DNA of 64,000 nt from a phage, in assembly GCA_020773975.1 (NCBI GenBank), contig GCA_020773975.1_3638.1; one strand, 5' to 3'. Below are positions 46,467 to 56,212 of the stretch, piece after piece; within the stretch, counting starts at the first letter, position 1; each line of letters begins with the position of its first letter. A program made the translations under genes and the position numbers. Below the pieces are notes generated by a model. That model was not told the DNA's origin. It saw only the letters and a list, made by a program, of their open reading frames with translations, and did not search any database.

Positions 46467-46838
46467 TTAATTAGCCAATTCAGCATCCAACGACATTATA
46501 TACTCAGGTAGCTTTCGGATGTTCTCATACAGCACAATCTCTCCGTGTGTCAATGGCCTGATTTCTTTATCCACACCAACATTATTATGGTAATCCCAAT
46601 CGGCATCAACATGGACGAAGACCAGTGTTCCTCTATTGCCAGCCTTAGCGTCCTTTCTTACGATAATCTCTCCGTCTATTGAAGGTAGGCATCTTTTGAA
46701 GAATTTGTTTAAAAGTTTTTGTTGAATTGCTTCTGCCAAGATCATTTTGTCTTGGCTATCTACGATTCTTTTGATTTCAGAGTCGTTTACTTCAACATCA
46801 ATAAGTTGTGTTGTTGTCTGGGTTCCTTTTACTTTCAT
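46467..46838 (-). CDS. hypothetical protein (123 aa)
   Basis: ORF track. Confidence 0.3.
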   Translation of the reverse strand: MKVKGTQTTTQLIDVEVNDSEIKRIVDSQDKMILAEAIQQKLLNKFFKRCLPSIDGEIIVRKDAKAGNRGTLVFVHVDADWDYHNNVGVDKEIRPLTHGEIVLYENIRKLPEYIMSLDAELAN

Positions 46839-46883
46839 GCCACCTCTTCTTTTAAAAAGGTGCTTTTCAGCACCTTACCATTT

Positions 46884-47183
46884 TTAGTGAGAATCTGCCC
46901 ATGTGTATCCACAAAGATATTCTCCTGTAATTAAAACTGGAAGCCCCATTATCTTAGATGCTTTTTCTACACATTTTGTTGCAAGCTCTCCTACTGGGCA
47001 ATGCAGTATCCTGTATTTCCCATACACATCAGGTTCAACAATAACTCTACCCGCTTTCACATAATGTCCGTCGAAACGATGACCTTTTTCAAGCATCATA
47101 TCTACATAGCTTTGTGCCGCCTCTAAGTTAGAATGCTCCGTTATTGATTTAAATCTTTCCGGTACTTGTACCTGTATCTCATC
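46884..47183 (-). CDS. DNA polymerase (family A), exon 2 (motif C to C-terminus)
   Basis: Begins DEIQVQV (motif C HDE completed by exon 1 His) and ends ...GYTWADSH like Pol I-type C-termini. Confidence 0.65.
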   Translation of the reverse strand, partial: DEIQVQVPERFKSITEHSNLEAAQSYVDMMLEKGHRFDGHYVKAGRVIVEPDVYGKYRILHCPVGELATKCVEKASKIMGLPVLITGEYLCGYTWADSH

Positions 47184-47492
47184 CATCAGTTCAGAGAGTT
47201 CGTTACGCTCTCCCGCACCATTACGTGCATAGCCACAAGATTTCTCCTGTGGGTCGGACTATCTCATCCTCCTGATATTAAGGAGGCCTCCCGTTTCGAC
47301 CGCACTTGCTGGCCTACTCTACTCGCTTTCACATTACTAGTGTGCTTTCGATAGTCTCTGAACGTTCATCCCATAGGGATGCTTCGCTGCGGATTAGCAT
47401 ATTGAACTTTTGCTACTTTTACGTATAAAAGCCAGCTTAGCCTTCCCGTCAATTAGAGAGGTTTTCGACATGCATTACTGCATGAAGCCACA
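47184..47492 (-). mobile_element. group I intron (about 309 nt, no ORF) in the DNA polymerase gene
   Basis: On coding strand: exon ends CCAT, GTGG guide-like sequence 10 nt in, P AATTGACGGGAA, Q AATCCGCAGC, R GTTCAGAGACTATC, S GAGATAGTCC, terminal G before GATGAG; splicing restores VIYYH-DEIQV. Confidence 0.6.
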
Positions 47493-49913
47493 ATGTTATT
47501 TATGGTAGTAGATAACCCTCCTGACACCTTGGTCGTACCATCCCCATTTCACCAATTCCCAATGGAACAGGACTCCCATGAGGTCAAACAATGAAGCACC
47601 ACCGTTTTGTTGGTAAGCATTCAGCAGAGAATGTTTAGAACGAGTCCAAATTTTACGCCCGTCCATGCCTGGAATATAGCGTCTCCCATTTGCCTCCCAG
47701 AATTTTTCCAACCACTCCCTACGCATTTTCAACCCGAAGTTACTATCCCAGAATGCATCTATTACAGCCTGTGCTCTATTAAGGGGGATACCCAGCATTG
47801 CGGCTATCTTAGGAGCTTGTGCTCCATACATAATTCCATACGTAACCCCCTTTCCTCCAGAGCGTGTTACCTCCTTTCCTGCTGCTATTGTGTATGCTCT
47901 TGCGTTTCGTTCATGGGCATCCTCTTCCATCATGATACGTAAATACTCACCACCATCAAACTCAAAAGCCCCTGCCGCTGCAATCATACCTTCTAAGTTA
48001 GATCCATCACAACCCATCAGGTAGTAGCCTTCAGGGACTGTCCAAAGACCCCGCATTTCTTTTCCCAACAAAACCTTCGGATCAGGCTTGGGCATGTTTG
48101 CGCAAACAGTATGCTTGCACCTGCCCGTGTTAGTGATTCCAGAAAAACGTGCTGGAAGTTTTCCGTCAATGTCTAAACGAGGGTGATTTAATAACCCTGT
48201 ATCCGTCTTATCCTCATCCATTGGGTCTAAAACAGATCGCCTGTTACGAAGTGATAGCCACTTAACAATCTGTTTTGCCATATGCACATCAATTTTCTCC
48301 AAATTTGGACACAGATGCCCAAAATTATCTTTTAATTGAGGAGATGTCGGTAACTGGCGTGCTTTACGCCGAAATTTCTTAAATATCTCTGAATAACCCC
48401 TTTCAGATGCATGGCGATGGTCAAACTTACGCTCTGAAATGTTGAATTTCTCATCTGAATCATTAAGGTAGTCAAGAATAAGAGATTTATACTCAGACTC
48501 TGCCAACTCTTCTATGTACTTCTTAACTAGTACATCAATTTCAGAATCTTCACGAGTCTTTTTAAATTGATCCTTAGTAACATCTTTTACGCGCCACAGT
48601 GTAGGTTTCCAACCAGCATCTTTGATCAAATATTTTTTAATATCATCCTGATTAGAGATTTTCATTGGAACCATTAAATCTGGCATTTTTCTGTTTCGAA
48701 GGTCTTCTTTAGCCTTCTCTAGAAGATCCGGCGGTAAAGGTTCGAGTGTGTTCTCTTTGGTTCGCTGGGAACGAATGAAATCACCGTATAAAGCCGGATC
48801 TTCAATGCCATTCTGGATGCAATATCTCTCCCCTGCTGCACTTACATCCCCATTGCTCTTAAAAGCTGTTTTTGGTGGAGCTTTAAACTCCAGAGCTTCC
48901 CTGTTAACAGGATAGCCAAGTTTATATTCCAACCAATTCCACCCATGATGAGATATATTACCCGCTGTGTCAAAAGGGTTAGCTGGGAATTTTGGTTGTT
49001 GAGATTTCGTCATCTCTTTTTTTGGAAGAAGTGGTTCTACCTCTTCTTCAATTTCTCGCATCATCTTATCTATGCGATCTCTTAATTTTTCTGCCTCCTC
49101 CCGATTAAAGTATACGCCTTGTATTTCTTGCTCTATCATCAAATAGTCTGTGAGCATTCTCCTACGTAATGCATTTTTCCAATTAATCTGGTGCATCCCG
49201 TGAGGTTTATCAGTGTACATAAACTGCTTGTCATCAGGCCATCGCGTACCATTTGACTCATCAATAAGAGCTTTCCACACAAGTTCGTTAATGATAACGT
49301 CTTCCCACACACGGTTTACATATTCCCACAATGGCTGATTACGCCAATCATCAATCTGCACTTTCTTGTTTGCTACACGATAACCCCATGCCAATAAGCC
49401 GTGTGGCCCAACCCTGTCACGTTTTCCTGTTACAGGGTTCAATACAGAATCTGGGCAGCCATTAGGCAATGGGCGATCTGGGTAAAGAACACGACTCATT
49501 GAAAGAGTGTCGTAAAGATTTACCTGTTTATTACCTATCGTCCCCATACATTTTAGGTCTTTGAACATGTCATATTCAATCCCAGAAAGTTTTTTCCACA
49601 GACGTAAATCATAGCCGAACAGGTTATGTATTGCTATCCCTCTTGGCTCGGTCTGCAACCAAGAGTAAAAATCATCATAAGAAAGGATACGTAAATTAAC
49701 ACCTTCTTTGCTGCGTGCAAAATTAACTGCACTCTGGTATTCCTTGTGAGCAGGATCGAGAAACAACACCCAGTTATTTACAGCATATTCTTTAAAAAGT
49801 GTGCAGTGATATTTAGTTGCCTCTTCTAATAATCCGTCAGCTTCGTTATCTCCGACAAAAAGCCCTTTCATACTCCTCCTATTCAAGATGGGCTTGACTG
49901 TATCGTCGCCCAT
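47493..49913 (-). CDS. DNA polymerase (family A), exon 1
   Basis: Pol I-like motif B RSGGKGVTYGIMYG and pre-motif C NAYQQNGGASLFDLMGVLF...RRVIYYH; ORF track stop lies within the intron. Confidence 0.7.
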
Positions 49914-50066
49914 CTCTTAGTTGGTTATAGATTATGTGGAAAACTACCTATTTTTGATTTATGTTTCTTTGCCAAAGGGCTTCTCTTGGCGGGAATGTAC
50001 CCCTCAAGCCCCTTGGCAACACGAATAGCTAACTCATCATATTTTACATGTATCCTCTTTTTTCTC

Positions 50067-53039
50067 TCAAAATGGAGAATCGCTATCTAAATCTTCAGGT
50101 TGCTCAATCACAACAGCAGGTTCTTGTTGAGGAACAGAAACAGCAATTTTCCCCACAGGTGTTTCAAGTTCCAGACTTTGAATCATTGATTTAGGTCTTA
50201 GCATTACCTCCCCGTTGAGTTTAAACATATTGTCTTCCCACACCCATCCTGACGCATCAGAAAACTGACCATTATCATCCATAATCAGGGTATCCGCTAT
50301 GCCTAATTTTTTGTGTGGACGGTTTTTCAAAACAACACTACGAATACGCCCACGAGATCGGTCAGGGAGTTCTTCAGGCTCGACACCTAAGACAACCCAC
50401 GATAACTGTTCGAGTGCTGCACTATTTCCTGTGACAAAAATATGTCCGTTGCGGCGTGCCACCCACATACCGGATGGTAATGTAAAGCAATACTTGCGAC
50501 CATCTGGGGAAGGTACACGTTTAATAGAAGATTTATTTTTCCCTCCTTTACGTATATGCATATACTTTGTGGCACAAACTCTTACTACATACAGAGGTTT
50601 GTGATCATATTTACCATCAAACGCACCATTGCCATTTTTTACAACAGACACAGACGTTCTATGCCCACAAGCACTGTAAGCAAATTGTAGGAAATCTGCC
50701 TCAAATTTGTTAATGGTTGATACCCTGTTTCTGTTTACAGAATCACCATCCCAATACATGACTTCATCACAGATAATCTCCAACTCGTGCTGTTTAAGAT
50801 TAAACCATTCCTTTGTCACCCCTTTATACCCACAAGGGGCTTTAAATTGGTACTCTGTTCTGCCTTCATGCTTCCCGTGCAAATCAAAACTCTTGTAAGG
50901 AGTGTTCGTCTTCTTCAGTAGCATCTCAAGGCGTTGTTTCTTACGTTCTTTTTTGATGCGTACAGCTACCCTTCCCGTTGATTCAGTAAGAACCGTCCCA
51001 TCAGCATTTACAGCTATCTGTAAACGTAGTTGATCATCAGTTAACCCTAATGAACCATCACATCCAGTGGTGAATGTAGTAGGTATTTTACCACGCATAC
51101 CTGATCGTTTATTGGTATGGTCATGAACAACCTCCTGCATAGTTTTCATACGAAAAATATCAGGCGTTCGATCGTTTACATACACAACACGATGTTCATC
51201 GCTCAACATCATGTCTACAACATGGCTATTAGAAAGATGCCACATTTCATTACAAGGTAGATTAATGTACGCCTCGGGATTTACGAAGGTCATTACACCA
51301 TTTTTATCGTGTTGTGCAACCAAATCTCCTTCTACGTATTCATCAATACGTTTCCAGCCTTGCGGGGTTAAGAACTCTGTGCTTGCATCAACACAACCAC
51401 GGAGATCCTCTTTCCGCACAGGATACCAAAACGGTAACAAATTACCTTCTTTATCTTTCGGAATTTGTATATCAACACGCTTCATATGACTGATACTGAG
51501 GATAAACACGTCATATTTTTTGCAGAAGGCAGCCAATTCCGTCATGATGTTATCTAAATCTCTTCGCTCGTTATCGGATTTTAATCCTGATATCACCATC
51601 GATAAGTGATCTAAGATAATCCATCTACACCCATCAAGGAAAACCATCTGTTTCAATTTTTGTAGTAATTGGTCAGTTGGTATTGAACCAAAGTGATCGA
51701 AAATTTTAACCTTATCTTCGGCAATCCATCGTTGGTGTATAGCTAAGTGCTGCTCATCGGTAAGGAATTGTTCTGGGTCTGCAACAAATGCTTTCGGGTC
51801 AATCTTTAGCTCCTCAGCATATAAACTGTTTACAGACTCCTCCTCATCCTCCTCTAGACGAATAATTGCAATTTTCTCGTTCTCTTTCCAACCGTCTAAT
51901 CGGGGAATATCCATGTTACGGAGGTACTCGATAATTGCATACTCAATCTTTCTTGAGAAAGTTGATTTCCCAGCTCCAGATGGGCCTGTCAGTGTCCACA
52001 ATTCTCCTGTTCGTGGGCCTCTTGTTAGTTCATACAAACGAGGAAAGCACGGCAACGGAACGCCATCTTTTTTCTTTTTACGGAGATTTTCAATAGATAT
52101 TCTCTCCAACCCAATCAATTTGTCTGGAACATATTTATCCTGCGCTTTAGCAAACATATTCCAGATATCCATCCATTTACCTTTTTTGTAAATATCCCGG
52201 ATATCTTTAACACCATTTGGGTCATTGCGCTCATTTGGGTATCGTGCAACATAGATGTTGTCAGACAGTAAAAAACCTGCGACATCATCTGTGGCTTCCT
52301 TACCTTTCTTAATTCTGTGTTCTTTTTCCCTTGCTGTGGCTTCATCATTGTCTAAGCCAAGGACAATCTTTTCATATTCCCTGATAAACTTTTCGTTGTG
52401 GGCGAATGTATCCACAGCATTGGCTGTACCACAGTTCAACCCGATAAAAGGTAATGTCGGGCAATTAGAAACCTCTTCCCCATCCTGAATTGCTTTGATG
52501 CCTTTTAAAGCATTGTTTGCCCACTCACGTACTGAACGTGACGTGTTAGGATTGCTATGAAGGAATTTAATATACTCAAACCCAGCTTGCCAGCCAGCCG
52601 TTACATCACCTTCCCCCTCAACAATAAAGATCTGTTTTTTACCAGATCCCATAGAGGCCTCATGTTGACCAAAAAATTGAGAGGAAGCCTTTACTGTGCC
52701 AACAACAGAGAAATGCCCCTTTTTCTCTTTCGGAACAGTCCAGTCTCGTTTTTTGTACCCTGTCAATTTCCCATATTTGTCATAATATGGAAGATATGTT
52801 GCCACCACTGTAGTACCGTCTTTCAAATCTGTTGCAGATCTGATCTTGAAGTACTTAGCTGCATCTAAACTAATATCCATTTGGGGGACAGCCAAGATCC
52901 TTGTACTATCTAGGACAGACTCTACAGTTTCTTCTTCTTTTTTCTGATAATTCACTTTACCACCACTTTTTGTAGGTCGGAATGCTTTTGGGTTCTCACC
53001 TTCAAAGTATGCACCAGCCCCCCATTTTGTCATCTTCAT
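50067..53039 (-). CDS. primase-helicase (TOPRIM primase plus DnaB-like helicase) containing an intein
   Basis: TOPRIM IFIVEGEGDVTAGW, Walker A TGPSGAGKST, Walker B WIILDHLSMV, motif H4 split as DLRG-[intein]-SAALEQ. Confidence 0.7.
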   Translation of the reverse strand: MKMTKWGAGAYFEGENPKAFRPTKSGGKVNYQKKEEETVESVLDSTRILAVPQMDISLDAAKYFKIRSATDLKDGTTVVATYLPYYDKYGKLTGYKKRDWTVPKEKKGHFSVVGTVKASSQFFGQHEASMGSGKKQIFIVEGEGDVTAGWQAGFEYIKFLHSNPNTSRSVREWANNALKGIKAIQDGEEVSNCPTLPFIGLNCGTANAVDTFAHNEKFIREYEKIVLGLDNDEATAREKEHRIKKGKEATDDVAGFLLSDNIYVARYPNERNDPNGVKDIRDIYKKGKWMDIWNMFAKAQDKYVPDKLIGLERISIENLRKKKKDGVPLPCFPRLYELTRGPRTGELWTLTGPSGAGKSTFSRKIEYAIIEYLRNMDIPRLDGWKENEKIAIIRLEEDEEESVNSLYAEELKIDPKAFVADPEQFLTDEQHLAIHQRWIAEDKVKIFDHFGSIPTDQLLQKLKQMVFLDGCRWIILDHLSMVISGLKSDNERRDLDNIMTELAAFCKKYDVFILSISHMKRVDIQIPKDKEGNLLPFWYPVRKEDLRGCVDASTEFLTPQGWKRIDEYVEGDLVAQHDKNGVMTFVNPEAYINLPCNEMWHLSNSHVVDMMLSDEHRVVYVNDRTPDIFRMKTMQEVVHDHTNKRSGMRGKIPTTFTTGCDGSLGLTDDQLRLQIAVNADGTVLTESTGRVAVRIKKERKKQRLEMLLKKTNTPYKSFDLHGKHEGRTEYQFKAPCGYKGVTKEWFNLKQHELEIICDEVMYWDGDSVNRNRVSTINKFEADFLQFAYSACGHRTSVSVVKNGNGAFDGKYDHKPLYVVRVCATKYMHIRKGGKNKSSIKRVPSPDGRKYCFTLPSGMWVARRNGHIFVTGNSAALEQLSWVVLGVEPEELPDRSRGRIRSVVLKNRPHKKLGIADTLIMDDNGQFSDASGWVWEDNMFKLNGEVMLRPKSMIQSLELETPVGKIAVSVPQQEPAVVIEQPEDLDSDSPF
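50424..51395 (-). mobile_element. intein (324 aa) with LAGLIDADG-type motifs in the helicase domain
   Basis: Starts CVDASTEFLTPQGW, ends HIFVTGN followed by Ser; internal LQIAVNADG and ICDEVMYWDG; end blocks closely match the terminase intein. Confidence 0.7.
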
Positions 53040-53048
53040 CTCTTCTCC

Positions 53049-53240
53049 TTAGAAGGGTTTGCTAACTACAGCCATATACCAGCCATTACACACAGATATA
53101 CCACCTGAAATACAGTAACCTTTTCTAAACCAAGTGTTTAGCTTTAATTCTAATTCTGAAATACTAGTTCCTGTGAGAATCTTGACATTTTTATCCACCA
53201 GCCCTCCTAAAATCATTATATAGGAATACAGCTTTGGCAA
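53049..53240 (-). CDS. hypothetical small protein (63 aa)
   Basis: ORF track. Confidence 0.25.
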   Translation of the reverse strand: MPKLYSYIMILGGLVDKNVKILTGTSISELELKLNTWFRKGYCISGGISVCNGWYMAVVSKPF

Positions 53241-53913
53241 ATCCTCTTGGGGTTAACGATCTTATAACCTTTGTCTTTTTTGATTTACCACCCAATTTTA
53301 GGTGCTGCTCAGAATACCCGCTTACCACGGGAACAGGTAATTTCTCAGGCATCCTAAAACCATTGCCTGTCCACAAACAAGTCCTCTTAGGGTAGGCATC
53401 TCTGGGTTTTATGTATTCTGGAAAAAACGGATGAACATCATTCTCTGATAGATACCCGCCGTACTCATAAGGATGAAATGAATGATCTGGTTTACGCCAC
53501 AGAGAAGATAGAACACTAACAGGATTTTCTATCATGTAAGGGCAGTCGTATTCATCTGCCAACCTTGCTGCCACCTTTGCTGTATTTACAGCCTTTATCT
53601 GGAATAAAGGGTCTTTTGCAGCTTTTCTTGCGAAATGCGCTGCACCACTAACAGCCATGTCAGTACATGGTGGAGATGCGAATATAATACTTGGCTTACA
53701 GATCCCTATCTCTGTTGGGTTAAACTGGTCATCTATCCAAACATTAATGTATTCTATATTTTTATGTTTTACTCGGATACTTTCATAACCGCCGTGATCA
53801 GCGCCATCATAGTTAAGGCATATTACTTTGTACCCATTCTTTGCCCACTCATAACCCATGATGCCTGATCCGTCAAACATGTACAAAACCGTATCACTCA
53901 ATACACCTCCCAT
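53191..53913 (-). CDS. putative DNA methyltransferase-like protein (cytosine-5 MTase-like motifs)
   Basis: MFDGSGIMG resembles motif I (FxGxG), FASPPCTDMAVSG resembles motif IV (PPCQ with Thr for Gln), IENPVS resembles the ENV motif; shorter than typical C5-MTases. Confidence 0.4.
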   Translation of the reverse strand: MGGVLSDTVLYMFDGSGIMGYEWAKNGYKVICLNYDGADHGGYESIRVKHKNIEYINVWIDDQFNPTEIGICKPSIIFASPPCTDMAVSGAAHFARKAAKDPLFQIKAVNTAKVAARLADEYDCPYMIENPVSVLSSLWRKPDHSFHPYEYGGYLSENDVHPFFPEYIKPRDAYPKRTCLWTGNGFRMPEKLPVPVVSGYSEQHLKLGGKSKKTKVIRSLTPRGFAKAVFLYNDFRRAGG

Positions 53914-53959
53914 ACCAGAAAACAGGCCCGTAATGTGGGCCTTTTGAGTACACTAGAAA

Positions 53960-54181
53960 TCAATGCAATGCTGTATGGACAGGAGTTCCATCTGCACCGT
54001 ATGGAATGTCTTGCACTTGGGAATGCTTTCTCACTAAAGTATACACCAGCCAACCTTCAGCTTCATGCTGTCCTGCAATGTCATAGCCATCATCAAGAAG
54101 TTCAGCCAGTTTGCTCTCTACTTCTTCTCTTTTTGTTTTGCTAATTTTGAACTCAATGAGTTTAACAGTGTTTTTAACCAT
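53960..54181 (-). CDS. hypothetical protein (73 aa)
   Basis: ORF track. Confidence 0.3.
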   Translation of the reverse strand: MVKNTVKLIEFKISKTKREEVESKLAELLDDGYDIAGQHEAEGWLVYTLVRKHSQVQDIPYGADGTPVHTALH

Positions 54182-54185
54182 AATT

Positions 54186-54470
54186 CTAGAAACCTTCTTC
54201 TCTATTGTAACACCCGTTTATCTCTAGATCTCTTAGGTATTCTCTTAAATGATGGTATAGCACATCATCTGGAATGTCAAGATAGATTTGCTTACCGTTT
54301 TTGAATACAGCGCAATATTCCAGTTCCTGAAAACCGTTGTAATCCCAGTCGCTTTCTTTACTGAAGAAGTCAGGTTTTTGAACAGAAAATAGAGCTTCGA
54401 CAACCACCAATCCGCAATCCTCATGGTCGTATTCGAACTCAATGTCTACCATAGGGGATTTGCTATTCAT
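54186..54470 (-). CDS. hypothetical acidic protein (94 aa)
   Basis: ORF track. Confidence 0.3.
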   Translation of the reverse strand: MNSKSPMVDIEFEYDHEDCGLVVVEALFSVQKPDFFSKESDWDYNGFQELEYCAVFKNGKQIYLDIPDDVLYHHLREYLRDLEINGCYNREEGF

Positions 54471-54937
54471 ACTCCCCCCAACTCTTGTTTTAACTCAATA
54501 TTTTCTTTTAACAGGGCATCCACAAAAGCTAATATGTGAACAAGAGAACTATGACAACCATTAGCATATAGTTCGGCTTCTACACGCTTTTTCAATTCTG
54601 CGCCATAGCCGCCTAAGTTGTCGAGATGCTCTTTAATTTTATCATAAGCATCTCGTTTTCCTCTTAGCTCATTAATAATGTACAGAACATTATCTGGGCT
54701 TGCGGTGGCAATGTAACTGGCATCGTAGTCATTTTGCCAGTGAGATAAATTCCCGGTTCCCTCATGTCTCTTTGCCGGACCCATTTTAGGATCTGTGATG
54801 AAAACAGTTTCTATTTTATTATCATTTTGGAATGATACCATTGCATGTCCATGGCTATCTATCCACCAGTGCCCTCTGGTGGCTTTCTTTGCCAGTTTCT
54901 CAATATCTCCGATTAAGATATCAGCTTTTGTCTGCAT
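54467..54937 (-). CDS. hypothetical protein (156 aa)
   Basis: ORF track. Confidence 0.3.
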   Translation of the reverse strand: MQTKADILIGDIEKLAKKATRGHWWIDSHGHAMVSFQNDNKIETVFITDPKMGPAKRHEGTGNLSHWQNDYDASYIATASPDNVLYIINELRGKRDAYDKIKEHLDNLGGYGAELKKRVEAELYANGCHSSLVHILAFVDALLKENIELKQELGGV

Positions 54938-55247
54938 TGATATCCTCCTTCTTCAAGACTAAACTTGCTCTTGAGATCTCAGAAGAAACATACTCTATGT
55001 GACTAATCACATATGTCGTTACTTCGCTTCCATCGCCAAAAATATTATCAAGATCTACGATAACAAGATCACCATTCTCCGGTTTTTCTACATCCTCGGA
55101 TAAGATGATAACAGCTTCTGCAACCTCACCAGATTGGTTGAGACGCAGTGTAATATCGTGACCATTACCCCTATACTTAGTAAAATCAAAAACTTTTTCT
55201 GCTTTTTGGTGTGGTGGGAAAAACCACTTAAAGAGCTTCTTCAACAT
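54921..55247 (-). CDS. hypothetical protein (108 aa)
   Basis: ORF track. Confidence 0.3.
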   Translation of the reverse strand: MLKKLFKWFFPPHQKAEKVFDFTKYRGNGHDITLRLNQSGEVAEAVIILSEDVEKPENGDLVIVDLDNIFGDGSEVTTYVISHIEYVSSEISRASLVLKKEDINADKS

Positions 55248-55410
55248 TCATTCGCTCCTTAATTTCATTTAGGATGTCTTCGTATCGCTGCCACGACTCT
55301 TCGGCAGACAACTTTGCTTCAAGAAAGTTGTCTCGTGCAACATCTCGTAATTTCAACAATTTCTCAGTTGAAACTTGACTCAAATCTGTAAAGTCTTCGA
55401 CTTTAAACAT
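55228..55410 (-). CDS. hypothetical small protein (60 aa)
   Basis: ORF track 55228..55581 trimmed to internal Met after AAGGAAA RBS to avoid overlap with upstream gene. Confidence 0.25.
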   Translation of the reverse strand: MFKVEDFTDLSQVSTEKLLKLRDVARDNFLEAKLSAEESWQRYEDILNEIKERMNVEEAL

Positions 55411-55774
55411 CTTTATTTTCCTTAAAGTAGTTAAACAGATCAGTGATCTTCTCTTCCACACCTTTATAGAAGAGATACTTTGTGTCTGCCATACGAGAAT
55501 TATATGCGTCTTGGCCTTTTTCTTGTAACCAAAAGAACGCCTGTGCAAACTCACCCTCTCTAAGGGTAGGGTCATATTCAAACCCTATTCGTTTACATGC
55601 TTGCAAACACTGAAAGATAAGAACATCCAATGAGTTTATTACATGTGCAGCTATCTCAACATCCCTTGCCATACGATGCTCTCCTTTTGCAGAGAGTTCT
55701 TTAGAAATCTCTATGAGTCTGCTGTAATTCTCTTCTGCCGCTGTCTTTGCTCTTTTGCTTGTAGATGTGCTCAT
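55403..55774 (-). CDS. hypothetical protein (123 aa)
   Basis: ORF track. Confidence 0.3.
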   Translation of the reverse strand: MSTSTSKRAKTAAEENYSRLIEISKELSAKGEHRMARDVEIAAHVINSLDVLIFQCLQACKRIGFEYDPTLREGEFAQAFFWLQEKGQDAYNSRMADTKYLFYKGVEEKITDLFNYFKENKDV

Positions 55775-55776
55775 AA

Positions 55777-56202
55777 TCAGTCCTCGAACTTAATCCAACG
55801 CTTCTGGGATTTGATCTGCCCTCGTTCACCTTTACCTTTCAAACGCTGGACAGCCACCTGTTGTACAATTTTACTCCGTAAAGCAAAGCTGATAGCGTCA
55901 GGAGCTAAAACACGAGCTTTACAAACACAATTATTATGAAGTGACACAGCATCTTCAAAAGACAGGTTTAAAGGGTGTTTTTCAGAACCCCAAACACGAT
56001 AATATCCAAAACGACCATCCTTAACATCTGGGTAGTTAGGTAGTAAACGAGGTGCATATCCTAATGCAGCCATCATTTCATCAACCGATGCCATCTGGAT
56101 ATGTGTGGTGTCTTTACCATGATGAGATTCTTTATTATCCCACCAACCCTTTAATTCAGCTTTAAATTTCTTCAAAAGTTCACTTTTTGAATATGAGGTC
56201 AT
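55777..56202 (-). CDS. hypothetical protein (141 aa)
   Basis: ORF track. Confidence 0.3.
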   Translation of the reverse strand: MTSYSKSELLKKFKAELKGWWDNKESHHGKDTTHIQMASVDEMMAALGYAPRLLPNYPDVKDGRFGYYRVWGSEKHPLNLSFEDAVSLHNNCVCKARVLAPDAISFALRSKIVQQVAVQRLKGKGERGQIKSQKRWIKFED

Positions 56203-56212
56203 CAGCTATCTC

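Noticed and set aside
47607-47942. 111-aa ORF on the + strand
   Set aside because: Antisense to DNA polymerase exon 1.
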